Made by a program: the position numbers and the translations under genes
Shown here: positions 10,537 through 21,335 of the stretch, one piece after another
Layout of the letters: every line of letters starts with the position of its first letter
How positions within the stretch are numbered: the stretch's first letter is position 1
The notes under the pieces: generated by a model
What the model saw: the letters and a program-made list of their open reading frames with translations, nothing else
Told to the model about the DNA's origin: nothing
The model's database searches: none
Origin: Microcoleus sp.
GTDB taxonomy: Bacteria > Cyanobacteriota > Cyanobacteriia > Cyanobacteriales > Microcoleaceae
Assembly (NCBI GenBank): GCA_052279835.1
Contig: CP181291.1
Location: 2,528,001 to 2,592,000, forward strand
DNA: 64,000 nt
Direction of reading: 5' to 3'

Positions 10537-11841
10537 CTACTTTTGTGAAAGAGCTAACTCTGCCTTCAAAAAATCTACAAACTGTCGGGCTGTTCGGCCC
10601 GATCGCCCATTACGGCGAGTTGCCCACTCTTTAGCCCGGTGTTCCAAATCTTCAGGTGTTAGTTGGATACCAGCCAGCAGTGCCAGATGTCGGACAATGG
10701 TTAAATAAGTGTTTTGATCCGCCGGTTCAAAAGTTAAAGTCAAGCCAAAGCGATCGCTAAATGAAAGTTTTTCCTGCACCGTATCCCAAGCATGAATTTC
10801 ATCACCATCGCGGGGGCGGGGTCTATCGTCAAAAAACTCTCGAATTAAATGCCGCCTATTAGATGTGGCGTAAACAACTACATTTTGAGCTTTGGCGGTG
10901 ACATTCCCTTCTAAAACCACTTTCAAGGCTTTAAAAGCATCATCATCTTCCTCAAAGGAAAGGTCATCTACAAAAATAATAAACTTCTGAGGAACACCTC
11001 GCAACTGTTCCATAATTAGCGGCAAATCTTGCAAATCGGATTTAGATACTTCAATCAAGCGCAAATTGCGATCGCCAAACTCATTCAACAGCGACTTCAC
11101 CAAAGAAGACTTACCAGAACCACGACTACCGTATAGCAAAACGTGCAAAGCCGGATAACCAGCCAGCAAAAATTCCGTATTTTTGACCAAAGCATCTCGC
11201 TGCCAATCGCAGCAAACCAACTCTTTCAACTTGATGCGATCGGGATGATAAATACTCGCCAACTGACCATTTCGCCACTGAAAAGCGCGATATTCAGCAA
11301 ATAAACCAGTACCAAACTTTCGGTAATATTCTGCCAAAGATTCCGCAGCACTAGACCAATTTTCCAGTTTTCCAGACAGAGGCAAATCATCACTTTCTTT
11401 GATAGTTTCTGAATCCCAAATCGGAGGTATGGCTTCAAGTTGTCCAGCGACTCGCACCCACTTACTCAACTGCTCCCCACTGCATTGATAAAGATTTTGT
11501 AATACTTGCAAATCATGTCGCGCGGCCTCTACTAAGGCGGGAGACAAACTGGCAAAATCTGTTTTCTGAGATTGGCGAGAAAAGGGGTTTTCGTCTTTGA
11601 GGATTTGGGAAATCAGGAAATCTTTCCAGCTCACATTTTGAGCAGCCTGAACTTTAAACCAATTCCCATAGGCTGTCAGACAGTCAAAACCGCTGACTTC
11701 GCTGTGGTGCAGGGTTTGCAGCAAATCCAGAAAAGCTTGACCAGCAGGGCTTTTGAAGACAGATTGATATAGCAACAGGGATGCTGCTTGACGTTGGAAG
11801 TAGCGAATTTGGGCGATCGCACCAGAAGTTAGGGCCGACAT
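10537..11841 (-). CDS. DUF815-family AAA+ ATPase
   Basis: LLYGSRGSGKSS, FVDDLSFEE, YATSNRRHL, EKLSFSDRFGL, GRSGRTARQF. Confidence 0.87.
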   Translation of the reverse strand: MSALTSGAIAQIRYFQRQAASLLLYQSVFKSPAGQAFLDLLQTLHHSEVSGFDCLTAYGNWFKVQAAQNVSWKDFLISQILKDENPFSRQSQKTDFASLSPALVEAARHDLQVLQNLYQCSGEQLSKWVRVAGQLEAIPPIWDSETIKESDDLPLSGKLENWSSAAESLAEYYRKFGTGLFAEYRAFQWRNGQLASIYHPDRIKLKELVCCDWQRDALVKNTEFLLAGYPALHVLLYGSRGSGKSSLVKSLLNEFGDRNLRLIEVSKSDLQDLPLIMEQLRGVPQKFIIFVDDLSFEEDDDAFKALKVVLEGNVTAKAQNVVVYATSNRRHLIREFFDDRPRPRDGDEIHAWDTVQEKLSFSDRFGLTLTFEPADQNTYLTIVRHLALLAGIQLTPEDLEHRAKEWATRRNGRSGRTARQFVDFLKAELALSQK

Positions 11842-11966
11842 AATTGCAGTTCTATAACAGTGAAATATCCCAGTGGGGTTTAATAAATTTTCTAACAATT
11901 CGTGACACTAATTGCAGGCCGCGCTGTATAAATTTAGATGCACTTGTGAAATCAGAAGGATAAAAA

Positions 11967-12290
11967 ATGAATTTAGGTATAGCAGCAGCCCTGGGCTATG
12001 GGACTTTAACCCTGATTGGTGGCATCATGGGCTACGTCAAGGCAAAAAGCCAAGCCTCCTTAATTTCAGGTCTCGTTAGCGGTTCGCTGCTAATTTTAGC
12101 TGGTATCGCCCAGCTCATGGGACAAAGTTGGGGTTTGATATTAGCAGCCGCCATTTCTGCTGTTTTAGTAGTTGTGTTTATTCTGCGGTTAGTAAAAACT
12201 CGCAAATTCATGCCAGCAGGAATGTTAATTTTAGCCAGCTTAGCCTCTTTCGGAGCGATCGCCTACGAAATCAGCGGTCAATATCAATAG
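11967..12290 (+). CDS. TMEM14-family small membrane protein
   Basis: GGIMGYVKAKSQASLISG, TRKFMPAG. Confidence 0.85.
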   Translation: MNLGIAAALGYGTLTLIGGIMGYVKAKSQASLISGLVSGSLLILAGIAQLMGQSWGLILAAAISAVLVVVFILRLVKTRKFMPAGMLILASLASFGAIAYEISGQYQ

Positions 12291-12368
12291 TCAGTGGACT
12301 GTTGACTGTTGTTGAGGGTTAGTTGTTATTTGTTATTTGTTTTGTTGGTTTTGAGTCTTGTAGAGTCT

Positions 12369-12610
12369 TGTTCCCAGGATCTTCCTGGGAATACATACCT
12401 GGAGGCTCTGCCTCCAACAACCAATAACAAACAACAAATAACCAATAACAAACAACCAATAACCAATAACCAATAACTAATAACCAACAACCAATAACAA
12501 ACAACCAACAACCAACAACAAACAACCAATAACCAACAACCAACAACCAACAACCAACAACAAATAACCAACAACAAATAACAAATAACAAATAACTAAT
12601 AACAAATAAC
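12369..12610. repeat. GTTCCCAGG/GGCTCTGCC palindromic repeat plus heptamer STRR tract
   Basis: TTCCCAGGATCTTCCTGGGAA, then about 190 bp of AACCAAT/AACAAAT heptamers. Confidence 0.85.
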
Positions 12611-13635
12611 TATTGACCAATAACTGATTCAATATGTTGCTGAACTTCCCGCAGTTGTTGGGACTGCAATTCCATCCAATCTTTTTCCGCCTCTCGCTGT
12701 TCCGGTGTTTCTTTCTGGTATCTCACCTGCTTATCTAAAAAATCATTGTAGAACCTCATCATTTTTTCAATAGTTTGAATTGATAAATTAATCCGGTCTT
12801 CAAATATTAAAATAATCAAATTATCTATAATCGCTCCAATCACCTTACAACATTCTTCAAAATCGACCAAACTAATTCCCATATTGCTTTTATGCACCAG
12901 AGTTTCCACAGGATTTTTGACCGTTTCTTTGAAAGTCTTCATATCAGAGATTGGCAAATATTTCATGGGTTCGGTAAACTTAGAGACAATTTCTCCGCCT
13001 ATAGACTGTAATTGCTCCCTAAATTTAGATTGACTTTGGCTATCGAAGCATTCAATACAAAATTCAAGTTTTTCTATGTCTAGATCTTGTAATTCTTTAA
13101 AAATTGTATTAAGTTCATTTTCCACAATCAAAACTACCCGCTCGGCATGGGAATTCACTTCACTTCGTAACTCTTTATGTAAATTATTTTTCTCATAAAA
13201 ACCGATATTATCTCTTTGAAACTTTTGCTGAGGTTCATCCCACAAAAACCACTGATTTTGTAACTTAGCAGCCTTTTCTTTCCAGATTTGGCGCACTTTA
13301 ACAACAGCTTCATATTTGCCATGTTTTCCTAAATTACGAATTCTCGCATCGCATCCGCTGAGTTTGCCAATTTGCTCCCAAATATCCACGGAAGATGCTT
13401 GAGCAATTCTCGGCTTGCTATGCCAGATATCCTCAGCATCAGATACATCTTTAAAACACACCTGAAGTAAAGCCTGGAGTCTGAGGGCAGATTGCTTGAT
13501 TTCTTGAATGCAAGGTTGCACATCTACGCTGAGGCTAGTAGCTGACTTTTTCATTTCTAGGGATTTGTATTCGTCTGCGAGCAATCGATCGCTAAACTGG
13601 GTAATAGCCTGGAATACCTTGAGATATTCATTCAT
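12610..13635 (-). CDS. Hypothetical helical protein; C-terminus resembles tails of cyanobacterial dynamin-like proteins
   Basis: 341-aa ORF; FYNDFLDKQVRYQKETPEQREAEKDW motif recalled, not searched. Confidence 0.6.
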   Translation of the reverse strand: MNEYLKVFQAITQFSDRLLADEYKSLEMKKSATSLSVDVQPCIQEIKQSALRLQALLQVCFKDVSDAEDIWHSKPRIAQASSVDIWEQIGKLSGCDARIRNLGKHGKYEAVVKVRQIWKEKAAKLQNQWFLWDEPQQKFQRDNIGFYEKNNLHKELRSEVNSHAERVVLIVENELNTIFKELQDLDIEKLEFCIECFDSQSQSKFREQLQSIGGEIVSKFTEPMKYLPISDMKTFKETVKNPVETLVHKSNMGISLVDFEECCKVIGAIIDNLIILIFEDRINLSIQTIEKMMRFYNDFLDKQVRYQKETPEQREAEKDWMELQSQQLREVQQHIESVIGQ

Positions 13636-13713
13636 TTCGTTTTATTCCTCTCTCTCCCTAAATAGCATACAATACAGAACATCTGCCTTTTTGAATGCAA
13701 ACTGAGCCACAAC

Positions 13714-15117
13714 ATGAATTATGTATTCACCCCTACAACTCAGGCTCTACTCAATACTGGCAACCTGGTGCAGCCTGCTACCCAAACAGGAAAATTGCTG
13801 CCGGCTGCTAGAGATCCAGTGACTGGGGAGTTTGTGGAGATTGCCAAAATATTTTATCAATCAACGAGTGAAATTCCAGAAACTCGCGGAGTTTTAGGAT
13901 TGCTAGCACACTTGGCAGGAGGTAGCCCCCTAGAGCCACTGGTAGCCCCTGTGCATCTGACAATGGCACCCTTGCAAATTGCTCAAACTCATGTGGGATT
14001 TCAAAAAATATACAGAGTGCTTAATTCCCTAAAAATTAATTTGGCTGTGATGCAAGCCACTACTGCTGTTATTGGTGTCGGGAATGTATCCCCCACCATT
14101 TTGTCAGCAGTAAATCTCGAACAAATATTACAATTAAAAGAAGAAGCAAAGCAGCAAAGGCTAAAAATTAAAGATGGTTTTATCGATCTCAGGCATATCC
14201 TCAAAGACAAAGGAGTAGAGGTAATTCAGCACATGTATAAGGTGGCTCATGACTCAAAATTTGAGGTACACCGCCTGCAACTGGTTAATGGTTATGATGT
14301 TTTTTCTAAAGGGATTAAACGCTGCCAGTCTGCCCTGACTGTAGGGGATGTGAAACTGCGGAATTCGGAAATTAATAGCGCGCGCGAAGAGTTGTTTGAG
14401 GCTTTAAAAATTTATGAAAATTCCTGTTTTTTGGAGGGATTGTGTTCCGCGGCACAAATTAGGAAAATGGAATGCGTTTGGGCGATAGAACAGGCGATCG
14501 CCGTTACGTTTCAGTTGCAGCGGGCCTATGATATGGTTAGCGATCGCCTCCGGGAACTCCAATCAAAAATCCGTCAACATTGTCTAACAGTTGTTAAAGA
14601 ATGCCAATCGGAACTAGAACTAGATTTTTTATTTCCCGAAATTGTCAGAATTCTCGGTCACGATTTAAATGCGCTGGAATTTTGGCATCTGGAGGCTGAT
14701 TGGATGCAAACTTTGTCCCCAAAAGATCAGCACCAATTAGCGAGTTTAGATCAACTAAGTGTAGATCATTTAAAAAGCACTATCCAGACTCCCTTCACCA
14801 TAGTAGCCCCGGAATTTTCACTCTATGAAAATTTAAAGCCAAAGTCTCACTTTCTCTCCTTGCGAGACCAGCTAGCGATCGCCCTGAAGCCGGAACTCCG
14901 CCGAGGACAGGAATTTTATATCAGCCAACAGGCGATCGCCACTGGATATCCAGCTTTAGCCCCCTCCAATTGGCAAGAAATATCAGATTTAACTGTAGCT
15001 AATCTCTACTATTATTTTAAGTTCCGAGAAGACTCAATGGACATTTATCCAAATCACGAGGAATTAGAGCAGTTGTCAGTTGTCAATTGTGGACTAAATT
15101 TAAAATCGAAAATCTAA
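13714..15117 (+). CDS. Hypothetical protein
   Basis: 467-aa ORF with ARDPVTGEFV and a hydrophobic QATTAVIGVG segment. Confidence 0.7.
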   Translation: MNYVFTPTTQALLNTGNLVQPATQTGKLLPAARDPVTGEFVEIAKIFYQSTSEIPETRGVLGLLAHLAGGSPLEPLVAPVHLTMAPLQIAQTHVGFQKIYRVLNSLKINLAVMQATTAVIGVGNVSPTILSAVNLEQILQLKEEAKQQRLKIKDGFIDLRHILKDKGVEVIQHMYKVAHDSKFEVHRLQLVNGYDVFSKGIKRCQSALTVGDVKLRNSEINSAREELFEALKIYENSCFLEGLCSAAQIRKMECVWAIEQAIAVTFQLQRAYDMVSDRLRELQSKIRQHCLTVVKECQSELELDFLFPEIVRILGHDLNALEFWHLEADWMQTLSPKDQHQLASLDQLSVDHLKSTIQTPFTIVAPEFSLYENLKPKSHFLSLRDQLAIALKPELRRGQEFYISQQAIATGYPALAPSNWQEISDLTVANLYYYFKFREDSMDIYPNHEELEQLSVVNCGLNLKSKI

Positions 15118-15156
15118 AATCTCCCATCTCAAATCTAAAAGTCTCCCAGACAATGA

Positions 15157-17658
15157 TTATCTCAGCCACAACTTAATAGTATTATCTTTAGAACCACTAG
15201 CAATAGTTTTGCCATCGGGACTAAAAGCCACCACATAAACCTCATCCGAATGTCCGGTCAAAGTATTCAGCAATTCACCAGTAGCCAAGTCCCAAATTTT
15301 AATAGTTTTATCCTTACTACCGCTAGCAATAAATTTCCCGTCAGGACTGATAGCAATCGATACAATATCATCAGAATGTCCCTTAAGAGAACGAATCAAC
15401 TCCCCGGTTTCCAGATTCCAAACTTTAATACTTTCATCATAAGAACCACTAACTAATGTTTTGCCATCGGGACTAATAGCCACGGTTCTCACCTGGTCTG
15501 CATGACCATCAAGAGTCTTGAGCAACCTCCCAGTTACCACATCAACAATTGTAATTTTATTATCCTTAGAAGCACTTACCAAACTTTTGCCATCGGGACT
15601 AAAAGCCACAGAATAAACAAAATCTGTATGGTCTGGCAAAGTATTAATTAGTCTGCCATCTACAGCATCCCAAATCTTGGTTGTCTTATCTCCACTGCCG
15701 CTAGCAATTAGTTTACCATCGCGACTAATCGCCACGGACCAAACAGAAGCATTATGGTCAAGACTGCGAATCAATTGCCCTGTTTTCAAATCCCACAGCA
15801 TCACTCTCCAAAAACCCGTACCAGTTACCAATCGCGAGCCATTTGAGTCAAAAGCAACGGACCAAACGGTGGATGAATCACCCTGAAAAGTACGGAGCGA
15901 CTTACCTGTAGCTAAATCCCAAATTTGGATAGTTTTATCCTTGGAACCGCTGGCTAATATCAAGCCATCTGGACTAAAAGCCACTGCTCCAACTGCATCG
16001 GAATGTTGAGCAAAATTTTTGACTTTCGGGTGTTGCCAGCGGAGGCCTCCTTGGCATTGTTCCTGTAATTTTTGAGCTGATAAATAGCTAGTGGAAGTGT
16101 TAGCAATTTTGGGTATTTCGCCGATGCAGTCTTCATAATTGCTTTCTTGATAAAGAGCATTAATCTGATTAACTTGTTGCGAGTCTCTCGCCAGTCGCTG
16201 CTGCCATTCTTGCCATTTCAAATAGCCATAAATTCCGCCGATCGCCGCTAAAATAGCAGCCATTGCAGCTCCCGCAAGTAAAGGATTGAATTTGCGACTT
16301 TCCGGCGGGGCAGTTGGTGCTGTATTCTTGACGGTCAAGTCAGTTTTACCGTTTAAATTAAGCGGTGAGTAGGTTTCTTGACGGGGCTGCAAGTTGAGTG
16401 GAGAAATAGTTTCCCCAGGGGACTGATTGGACTTGCCGTGTCCTGCTAAGACTGTAGAAATTGCCTTATATAATTTCGAGAATAAAGATTTAGGGACGAC
16501 TAATTCTTCTATGTTGGCGGCATCTTCATCCGTAAGTCCTAAAACTTGCTGCAATCGTTTTAATTCGTCGCGAGTTGTCGCCGAAAACGGATATTCTTGC
16601 TGCATTGCTTCTTGCAGTGCTTGTTCGTAGCGTTCCCCTTTTTCCCTGTATTTGCGGTAAGGATTTAATACCTCGTCTTCGATGGTTTCTGCTTCTTCTG
16701 GTAGCAATTCCAAGCTGACACGCAGTTCATCTAATATTCTGCGGCCGACAACTGTAATGTCACCGCGACTGCTAGTGCGTCGATCGACTTCTTCGCGATA
16801 TATGGTGAGTTTCGGAATGCGCGATCGCGAGCGATCGCCTATTTTTCTCAAATCGGCTAAAGCTTCCGTCGCCGACTGATATCGTTCCCGAAAATCGTAG
16901 CGCACCATATTATCTAAAACATCAGCTAGCCCTTGGGAACAGTTTGCTAAATGCCGCCAAATTATTTCACCTTTATTAGAATTTTTCAAATCTCGCAGTT
17001 TCGGCAAATCGTAAGCCGGCACGCCAGTAATCGCTTGGATTCCCATCATTCCCAAAGCATAGATATCGCTATTGAGTTGGGGGTTATATTGAAATTGTTC
17101 GATCGGCATATATTCCAGAGTCCCAATCCGCACAGTCACCGGCGCTTGTCTTTGGGCTATATGTATTTCTTTCACCGACCCAAAATCGATCAAAACTAAT
17201 TTATTGTCGGCATAGCGGCGAATTAAATTGGCAGGTTTGATATCTCGGTGAATTACTCCATGTCCATGTACAAATACCAAAATTTCTAACAGTTCTTTCA
17301 GCAAAGAAATCATTTTTTCTTCTGTTAGTGGCTTGCCGGGGACAATCTCTGTGGATAAGGAGTGACCAGCAATAAATGATTCTACTAAGAAAAACTCTTC
17401 ATTTTCTTCAAAATAAGCAAATAATTGAGGAATTTGGTCATGTAAACCGAGCTTTTCTAGAACTTCTGCTTCTTTTTGGAAAAGACGGCGCGTAGCATTA
17501 ATTAATTTCGGTTCGCTGCTACCTGGACGCAGGTGCTTGACAAAACACTGAGGTTCACCTGGACGGCGAATATCTTTAGCCAGATAGGTTAGTCCAAATT
17601 CTCCTGTTTCTATGACTTCAATGATTTGATAGCGTCCATCTAAAAGTTGGCTCACCAT
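15157..17658 (-). CDS. Membrane Ser/Thr kinase with C-terminal WD40 propeller
   Basis: HRDIKPAN, LIDFG, GTLEYMP; TM helix; about 7 WD40 repeats; likely start MVSQLLDGRY. Confidence 0.92.
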   Translation of the reverse strand: MVSQLLDGRYQIIEVIETGEFGLTYLAKDIRRPGEPQCFVKHLRPGSSEPKLINATRRLFQKEAEVLEKLGLHDQIPQLFAYFEENEEFFLVESFIAGHSLSTEIVPGKPLTEEKMISLLKELLEILVFVHGHGVIHRDIKPANLIRRYADNKLVLIDFGSVKEIHIAQRQAPVTVRIGTLEYMPIEQFQYNPQLNSDIYALGMMGIQAITGVPAYDLPKLRDLKNSNKGEIIWRHLANCSQGLADVLDNMVRYDFRERYQSATEALADLRKIGDRSRSRIPKLTIYREEVDRRTSSRGDITVVGRRILDELRVSLELLPEEAETIEDEVLNPYRKYREKGERYEQALQEAMQQEYPFSATTRDELKRLQQVLGLTDEDAANIEELVVPKSLFSKLYKAISTVLAGHGKSNQSPGETISPLNLQPRQETYSPLNLNGKTDLTVKNTAPTAPPESRKFNPLLAGAAMAAILAAIGGIYGYLKWQEWQQRLARDSQQVNQINALYQESNYEDCIGEIPKIANTSTSYLSAQKLQEQCQGGLRWQHPKVKNFAQHSDAVGAVAFSPDGLILASGSKDKTIQIWDLATGKSLRTFQGDSSTVWSVAFDSNGSRLVTGTGFWRVMLWDLKTGQLIRSLDHNASVWSVAISRDGKLIASGSGDKTTKIWDAVDGRLINTLPDHTDFVYSVAFSPDGKSLVSASKDNKITIVDVVTGRLLKTLDGHADQVRTVAISPDGKTLVSGSYDESIKVWNLETGELIRSLKGHSDDIVSIAISPDGKFIASGSKDKTIKIWDLATGELLNTLTGHSDEVYVVAFSPDGKTIASGSKDNTIKLWLR

Positions 17659-18243
17659 GATAATAACGCAGCCTTTTTTTGGTTGATTTTCGCCAGAAAC
17701 AGTTTTACTGTTGGGTCGGTTGTAGTCTAGTCTCCATCCCATCCTCTCCCCCTTCCCAAGGGGAGTAGGGGGGTGATGCAACCATCCTCTGATCGGGGGT
17801 TCAAGGAGCTAATCCTTCTTGCTTCTTCCTGACTCGGTTCCTGTCCCTTAGACTACGGGAGCGGATCAACGCAGTCGTTGGATCTTCTTGCTTCAACATC
17901 CGCCATACTTTATTTTTTTAACATCTGCAAAGCTTGGTATCCCAAAAAGAAGAAACCCAAAGCACCTACTATCGCTATCCCGTCTGCTAATATATCGACG
18001 GTAAGAAATTCACCCATTGCAGTATCCTCTGACAACTGATATCTATCCTCGGTTTTTCCGTCGCTAATCGGGTGATTGGTTTGACCCATGAAGCCCCGTT
18101 GAGCGAAAGATGCTCACAAATTATAGCAAGAGCGATCGCCAAAATAACTTTCCGGGCGATCGACTAGCTTTTTGCTGTAATGTTTTTTAGTATTTAAGCA
18201 AGTCAACTGCGTGACCGCGACGAAATTTTGAGGTAACATCACT

Positions 18244-19563
18244 TTGATATTGCTAACCCTGCTGATTTTTTCCCTAATTGTCAGTACAGCCTACACTAAG
18301 AATTTACGCCGATCGGTCGAAAATGCACCTCGAACGGGTAAAAGTCCGGCTCAGCAGTCAGCACCCTCTACTGCTCAGTTCCCTAAATTTTCTGTAATCG
18401 TACCAGCATACAACGAAGCCGAGAATATTCGGGATTGCGCGATCGCCATTTTGGAGAGTACACGGCTGTCTGTGGACAACCTAGAAGTTTTGATTGTAGA
18501 CGATCGCTCCACAGACGACACACTGGCGATCGCCCAAACTCTCCAACAGCAACTTAATGACCCCCGCCTCAAAATACTAGCAGGTCAGCCCCGACCGGCC
18601 AACCAATATTGGGCGGGCAAAAACTGGGCCTGCGCCCAAGCTGTCGAGGTAGCAACGGGAGATTTCTTATTATTTATCGATGCTGATGTCCGACTCAAAC
18701 CCCAGGCGATCGAAACCGCCCTGGAAACCGTAGAAACCGAAAAAATTGACCTACTAACCTGTATGCCCGCCCTGGTTTGTGAGTGTTTCGCCGAATGGTT
18801 AGTCCAGCCCTTAATGTTCAATCACCTAGCAGTTTGCTTCGACTTTACCGCCGTCAACGATCCGAAAGTAGACAGTGCTTTTGCCGCTGGACCATTCATG
18901 CTATTTAGGCGATCGGCCTACGAAAAAATCGGCGGTCACGAAGCAGTTGCTGGCGAAATTGTCGAAGATGTAGAATTATCCAGACGCATCAAACGTGCGG
19001 GTTTAAAGCTAGGACTTTATGCAGGGTCAAATTTGGCATTTGTGCGGATGTATCGGTCTTGGAGCGCCTTGTGGGAAGGCTGGACAAAGAATTTGTATCT
19101 GGGTGCTAACCGCAGTTGGGGAATGATGGTTTATATGGCAGCAATTATGTTATTTCTCTATCCAATTCCCTGGATCGGATTATTCATTATTGTCAAAGAT
19201 CTAATTTCCTTCTTCCTTCTTCCTTCTTCCTTCTTCCTTCCCCCCTTGGGGGGGGCAGGGGGGGGTTCTTCTTCCTTCTTCCTTCTTCCTTCTTCCTTCT
19301 TCCTTCCCCCCTTGGGGGGGGCAGGGGGGGGTTCTTCTTCCTTCTTCCTTCTTCCTTCTTTCCTGTTAGCAATAATCGTAATTTGGCAACAGTATACTTT
19401 GCGAGAGTTGGGTTCCCAGATTTCCGAATGCCCAACGAAATACTGGTGGTTGGGAGGTTTGGGAGGAACCTTAATTGCGGCGATCGCGATCGGTTCTGCA
19501 ATTAAAACCGAAACTGGTTGGGGATGGACTTGGCGAGGTAGACCATTACAAATTAAGAGTTAA
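18244..19563 (+). CDS. cruG: GT2 glycosyltransferase, CruG-like (carotenoid glycosylation)
   Basis: VPAYNE, VDDRSTD, WAGKNWAC, FIDAD, VEDVEL, WEGWTKN, C-terminal GWGWTWRGR. Confidence 0.75.
   Translation: MILLTLLIFSLIVSTAYTKNLRRSVENAPRTGKSPAQQSAPSTAQFPKFSVIVPAYNEAENIRDCAIAILESTRLSVDNLEVLIVDDRSTDDTLAIAQTLQQQLNDPRLKILAGQPRPANQYWAGKNWACAQAVEVATGDFLLFIDADVRLKPQAIETALETVETEKIDLLTCMPALVCECFAEWLVQPLMFNHLAVCFDFTAVNDPKVDSAFAAGPFMLFRRSAYEKIGGHEAVAGEIVEDVELSRRIKRAGLKLGLYAGSNLAFVRMYRSWSALWEGWTKNLYLGANRSWGMMVYMAAIMLFLYPIPWIGLFIIVKDLISFFLLPSSFFLPPLGGAGGGSSSFFLLPSSFFLPPLGGAGGGSSSFFLLPSFLLAIIVIWQQYTLRELGSQISECPTKYWWLGGLGGTLIAAIAIGSAIKTETGWGWTWRGRPLQIKS
19206..19360. repeat. TTCTTCC heptamer plus GC palindrome, duplicated (66 bp), in frame in cruG
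   Basis: Encodes FFLLPSSFFLPPLGGAGGGSSS twice. Confidence 0.9.
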
Positions 19564-19704
19564 TAGCGAAATTAAAATCCTTCGTGACCACCGATAAATA
19601 TGATTTTTATGAAGTCCAAGTCATGATTTTTATGAATTGACTCCATCTGTGCTGATTGGATAACATTAATAAATATCCTCTGGTCTCGAATAGGAAGCAA
19701 GCTC

Positions 19705-21276
19705 ATGTCAGTTTACACTCTGAGCGATTTAACTAATAACAATTCAGATTTGTTGCAACGTGCTTCAAAACATAGCTGTCCCATCTGTGACAGCCGCCCT
19801 GAAACCTCAGATGCCAGCGCCGAGCGATCGGCATCTCAAGCTTTCACCTTCAGCAACTCTAACGATATCGATGCTCTGCTCGACAGCAGCATCATCAACC
19901 CCCAACAGCCAGCAAAATGGAACGTTGCTCCCGGTGGCACCCTCACCTACAGTTTTGTGACTCCTGAGAGCGCGAAAAGTTATTTTGCATCTACCAGCGA
20001 AACTAATATTCAGGAAGTTAACGATCGCATCAAACAGAATGTCCGCCAAATCTTGCGGGACAATTACGCCACAGTCTTGCCACTCAACTTTGTAGAAGTT
20101 CCAGACTCCGCCCAAAGCAACATCAGAATTATGTTTTCCGACGGGCCGGGTACTGAGGGCTATGCCTACGGTTATCGTCCGGGTTTGTTGCGCGGTGGCG
20201 CCATCCACCTTCAAAAGCTCTATGAAAACGATCCGGAAACAGCTTTTTCCACAGGCCCCGGCAGTTACGGCTACTATACTTTAATTCATGAAATCGGTCA
20301 CGCCATGGGTTTAAAGCACCCCGGCAACTACAACTTCGGCAGCAATGGAACAGCAAACTCCGCAGACCCTCCCTATCTTCCATTGGACAAGGACAACACC
20401 AGAAATACGATCATGTCCTACAATGCCGCATATAAAACATTTAACGACCCCAACGCCGAAAATCCCCGGAGTTTGATGCCTTATGACATTCGGGCCTTGC
20501 AGTATCTCTACGGCACCCGCAGCGACTGGAACGGCGGCGATAATGTTTACAAATTTGACAGCAGTAATTTTAATACCGTTCAAACTATCTGGGACGGCGG
20601 TGGTAGTGATACTTTGGACTTTTCGGCACTGCCTGCCAACGATGTTTATCGTTTGGACATGAATCAGGGTAAGTCGCTAACAGCAAAAAGCGCTTTGGGA
20701 GATCTCAACTACTATTTAGAACCTTCGCAGTTGCCACCAGGTGCCGATCCCGATCGCTTTTACTGGACTGAAAACTTTGGCACCTACATTGCTTTTGGCG
20801 CCAATATCGAAAATCTGGTGGGTTCGCCGGCAAATGACGAGGCAGTGGGAAACGAATTAGCTAACAATATTCTAGGCGGTGCGGGGGACGACACGATTAC
20901 TGGGCTGCGACAAAACGATACTTTGGATGGTGGCGAAGGCAATGACTATGTTTTGGGCAACAAAGGCAGCGATGTGTTAACTGGTGGGGGCGGTGACGAT
21001 GTGCTCTGGGGCGGTCAGGGGAACGATACGATTATCAGTGGTTTCGGTCGCGATCGCATTGTGTTACAGCCGGATGGGGGTACAGATACAATTCTTGATT
21101 TTGTCGATGGTTTTGACTACCTGGCGTTGGTTCAAGGTTTGAAATTCGAGCAACTGTCGATCGTACCTTCAGCTAATGGTACTGAAATTAAGCTCGGTAG
21201 CACCGGACAAGTCTTGGTCGAGTTGCCCGGAACTCCCATAAGTGCGATCGGGAAATTTGATTTTTTAGTTACTTAA
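19705..21276 (+). CDS. Serralysin-like M10 metalloprotease with RTX repeats
   Basis: HEIGHAMGLKHPG, TIMSY Met-turn, TIWDGGGSDT, GGxGxD repeats. Confidence 0.9.
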   Translation: MSVYTLSDLTNNNSDLLQRASKHSCPICDSRPETSDASAERSASQAFTFSNSNDIDALLDSSIINPQQPAKWNVAPGGTLTYSFVTPESAKSYFASTSETNIQEVNDRIKQNVRQILRDNYATVLPLNFVEVPDSAQSNIRIMFSDGPGTEGYAYGYRPGLLRGGAIHLQKLYENDPETAFSTGPGSYGYYTLIHEIGHAMGLKHPGNYNFGSNGTANSADPPYLPLDKDNTRNTIMSYNAAYKTFNDPNAENPRSLMPYDIRALQYLYGTRSDWNGGDNVYKFDSSNFNTVQTIWDGGGSDTLDFSALPANDVYRLDMNQGKSLTAKSALGDLNYYLEPSQLPPGADPDRFYWTENFGTYIAFGANIENLVGSPANDEAVGNELANNILGGAGDDTITGLRQNDTLDGGEGNDYVLGNKGSDVLTGGGGDDVLWGGQGNDTIISGFGRDRIVLQPDGGTDTILDFVDGFDYLALVQGLKFEQLSIVPSANGTEIKLGSTGQVLVELPGTPISAIGKFDFLVT

Positions 21277-21335
21277 ACTATGTTTTTTTGAGCCCCGCTG
21301 CTGGCAAAAATCGGAGCTCTAAGTACGCTGTTTTT

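Noticed and set aside
12319..12591. Trp/Cys/Leu-rich ORFs (also 53378-53663)
   Set aside because: Translations of heptamer STRR tracts
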